Under the pieces are notes generated by a model. It had not been told where the DNA came from. It saw nothing but the letters and a program-made list of their open reading frames with translations, and did no database searches. A program made the translations under genes and the position numbers. A stretch of DNA of 64,000 bases from Vulcanimicrobiota bacterium (GTDB lineage: Bacteria; Vulcanimicrobiota; Vulcanimicrobiia; Eremiobacterales; Eremiobacteraceae): NCBI GenBank assembly GCA_963806005.1, contig CAWDWJ010000008.1:276531-340530 (forward strand). Reading direction: 5' to 3'. Of this stretch, positions 63,436-64,000 are shown in pieces; positions within the stretch are counted from its first letter, which is position 1, and each line of letters begins with the position of its first letter.

Positions 63436-64000
63436 ATGCGATGTTCCATCGTTGCTCGCTGCGCGTCGCTTGCCGCCATCGTCGCAGTCGCGAGCGTCAC
63501 CCTCGCCGGGTGTTCGGGTAACGCGCCGAGCGGCCAGAGCGCCGGTACCTCCGGATCCGTCGTCAAGATCGGCGCCGACCTTCCCGTCTCAGGCGGCGAT
63601 GCGTCCGACGGCGTGCCGACCGCGAACGGCGTCAAGCTCGCGGTCATCGATGCGAACAAGCGCAAACTCATCCCCGGCTACACGATCGAGGCGTCGGTCG
63701 TCGACGACGCGGTCAACGGCGTCCACAATCCGAGCCAAGGCGCCAAGAACATCCAGGCGTTTGCAAGCGACCCGGCCGTGCTCGGCGTCGTCGGCCCGTT
63801 CAATAGCAACGTGGCCAAGGCGGAGATCCCTCTTTCCAATAGCCTGGGCATCGCGCTCGTCAGCCCGGCGAACACCAATCCGGATCTGACGAAGGGTCCC
63901 CTCGCGCTCGAGCTGCGCACGACCAATCCGAGCGCCATCACCTATTTCCGCGTCTGCACGACCGACGACATCCAGGGCCCGGCTGGCGCCGACTACGCGG
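63436..64000 (+). CDS. branched-chain amino acid ABC transporter substrate-binding lipoprotein (LivJ-like), 3' end outside the window
   Basis: Hand-translated, because it is open-ended and so absent from the ORF track: MRCSIVARCASLAAIVAVASVTLAGCSG...VKIGADLPVSGGDASDG...VLGVVGPFNSNVAKAE. Confidence 0.75.
   Translation, partial: MRCSIVARCASLAAIVAVASVTLAGCSGNAPSGQSAGTSGSVVKIGADLPVSGGDASDGVPTANGVKLAVIDANKRKLIPGYTIEASVVDDAVNGVHNPSQGAKNIQAFASDPAVLGVVGPFNSNVAKAEIPLSNSLGIALVSPANTNPDLTKGPLALELRTTNPSAITYFRVCTTDDIQGPAGADYA

Overview
High-G+C bacterial chromosomal segment. AsmA and an outer-membrane channel protein suggest a diderm; I cannot assign a taxon. 1-14 kb is ordinary core: rplY(ctc)-pth, a minus-strand pyrK-pyrD-pyrF-pyrE operon, an OmpR/histidine-kinase pair, and secreted hydrolases and proteases. 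The main result starts at tRNA-Ala(CGC), 14082-14157. Downstream are at least seven tandem modules (about 0.9-5 kb each, 14158-33163), plus an eighth decayed one reaching about 35283. Each module ends in a 41-47 bp copy of the tRNA 3' half (anticodon loop to 3' end). In six of the seven copies this is preceded by a conserved arm of about 130 bp carrying four CTGCAAC/CAGCAAC heptamers at exact 10-bp spacing. All cargo genes lie on the minus strand with the arm on their 5' side, and I recognise no recombinase anywhere in the 64 kb. This looks like an integron-like, tRNA-anchored cassette array serviced in trans. Cargo includes three copies of a class III nucleotide cyclase-STAND(NB-ARC-like)-TPR gene (two decayed, one intact with a recombination scar), two copies of a secreted cupin, MarR+cupin, and a P-type ATPase + dihaem cytochrome c + orphan lipoprotein unit. 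A fourth, intact cyclase-STAND paralog sits outside the array at 44225-47005. The right third is mostly core: APC permease, AsmA, OM channel, BolA-Grx, CHASE3-PP2C phosphatase, coxD-coxE-xdhC, TlpA, cupredoxin-like lipoproteins, Mrp/ApbC, LivJ-like binding protein. It also holds two adjacent multi-frameshift transporter pseudogenes (OPT, P1B-type ATPase) and a pair of tiny, extremely basic peptide genes with a shared leader and look-alike terminators. All calls come from reading the sequence and ORF translations; no database search was run.
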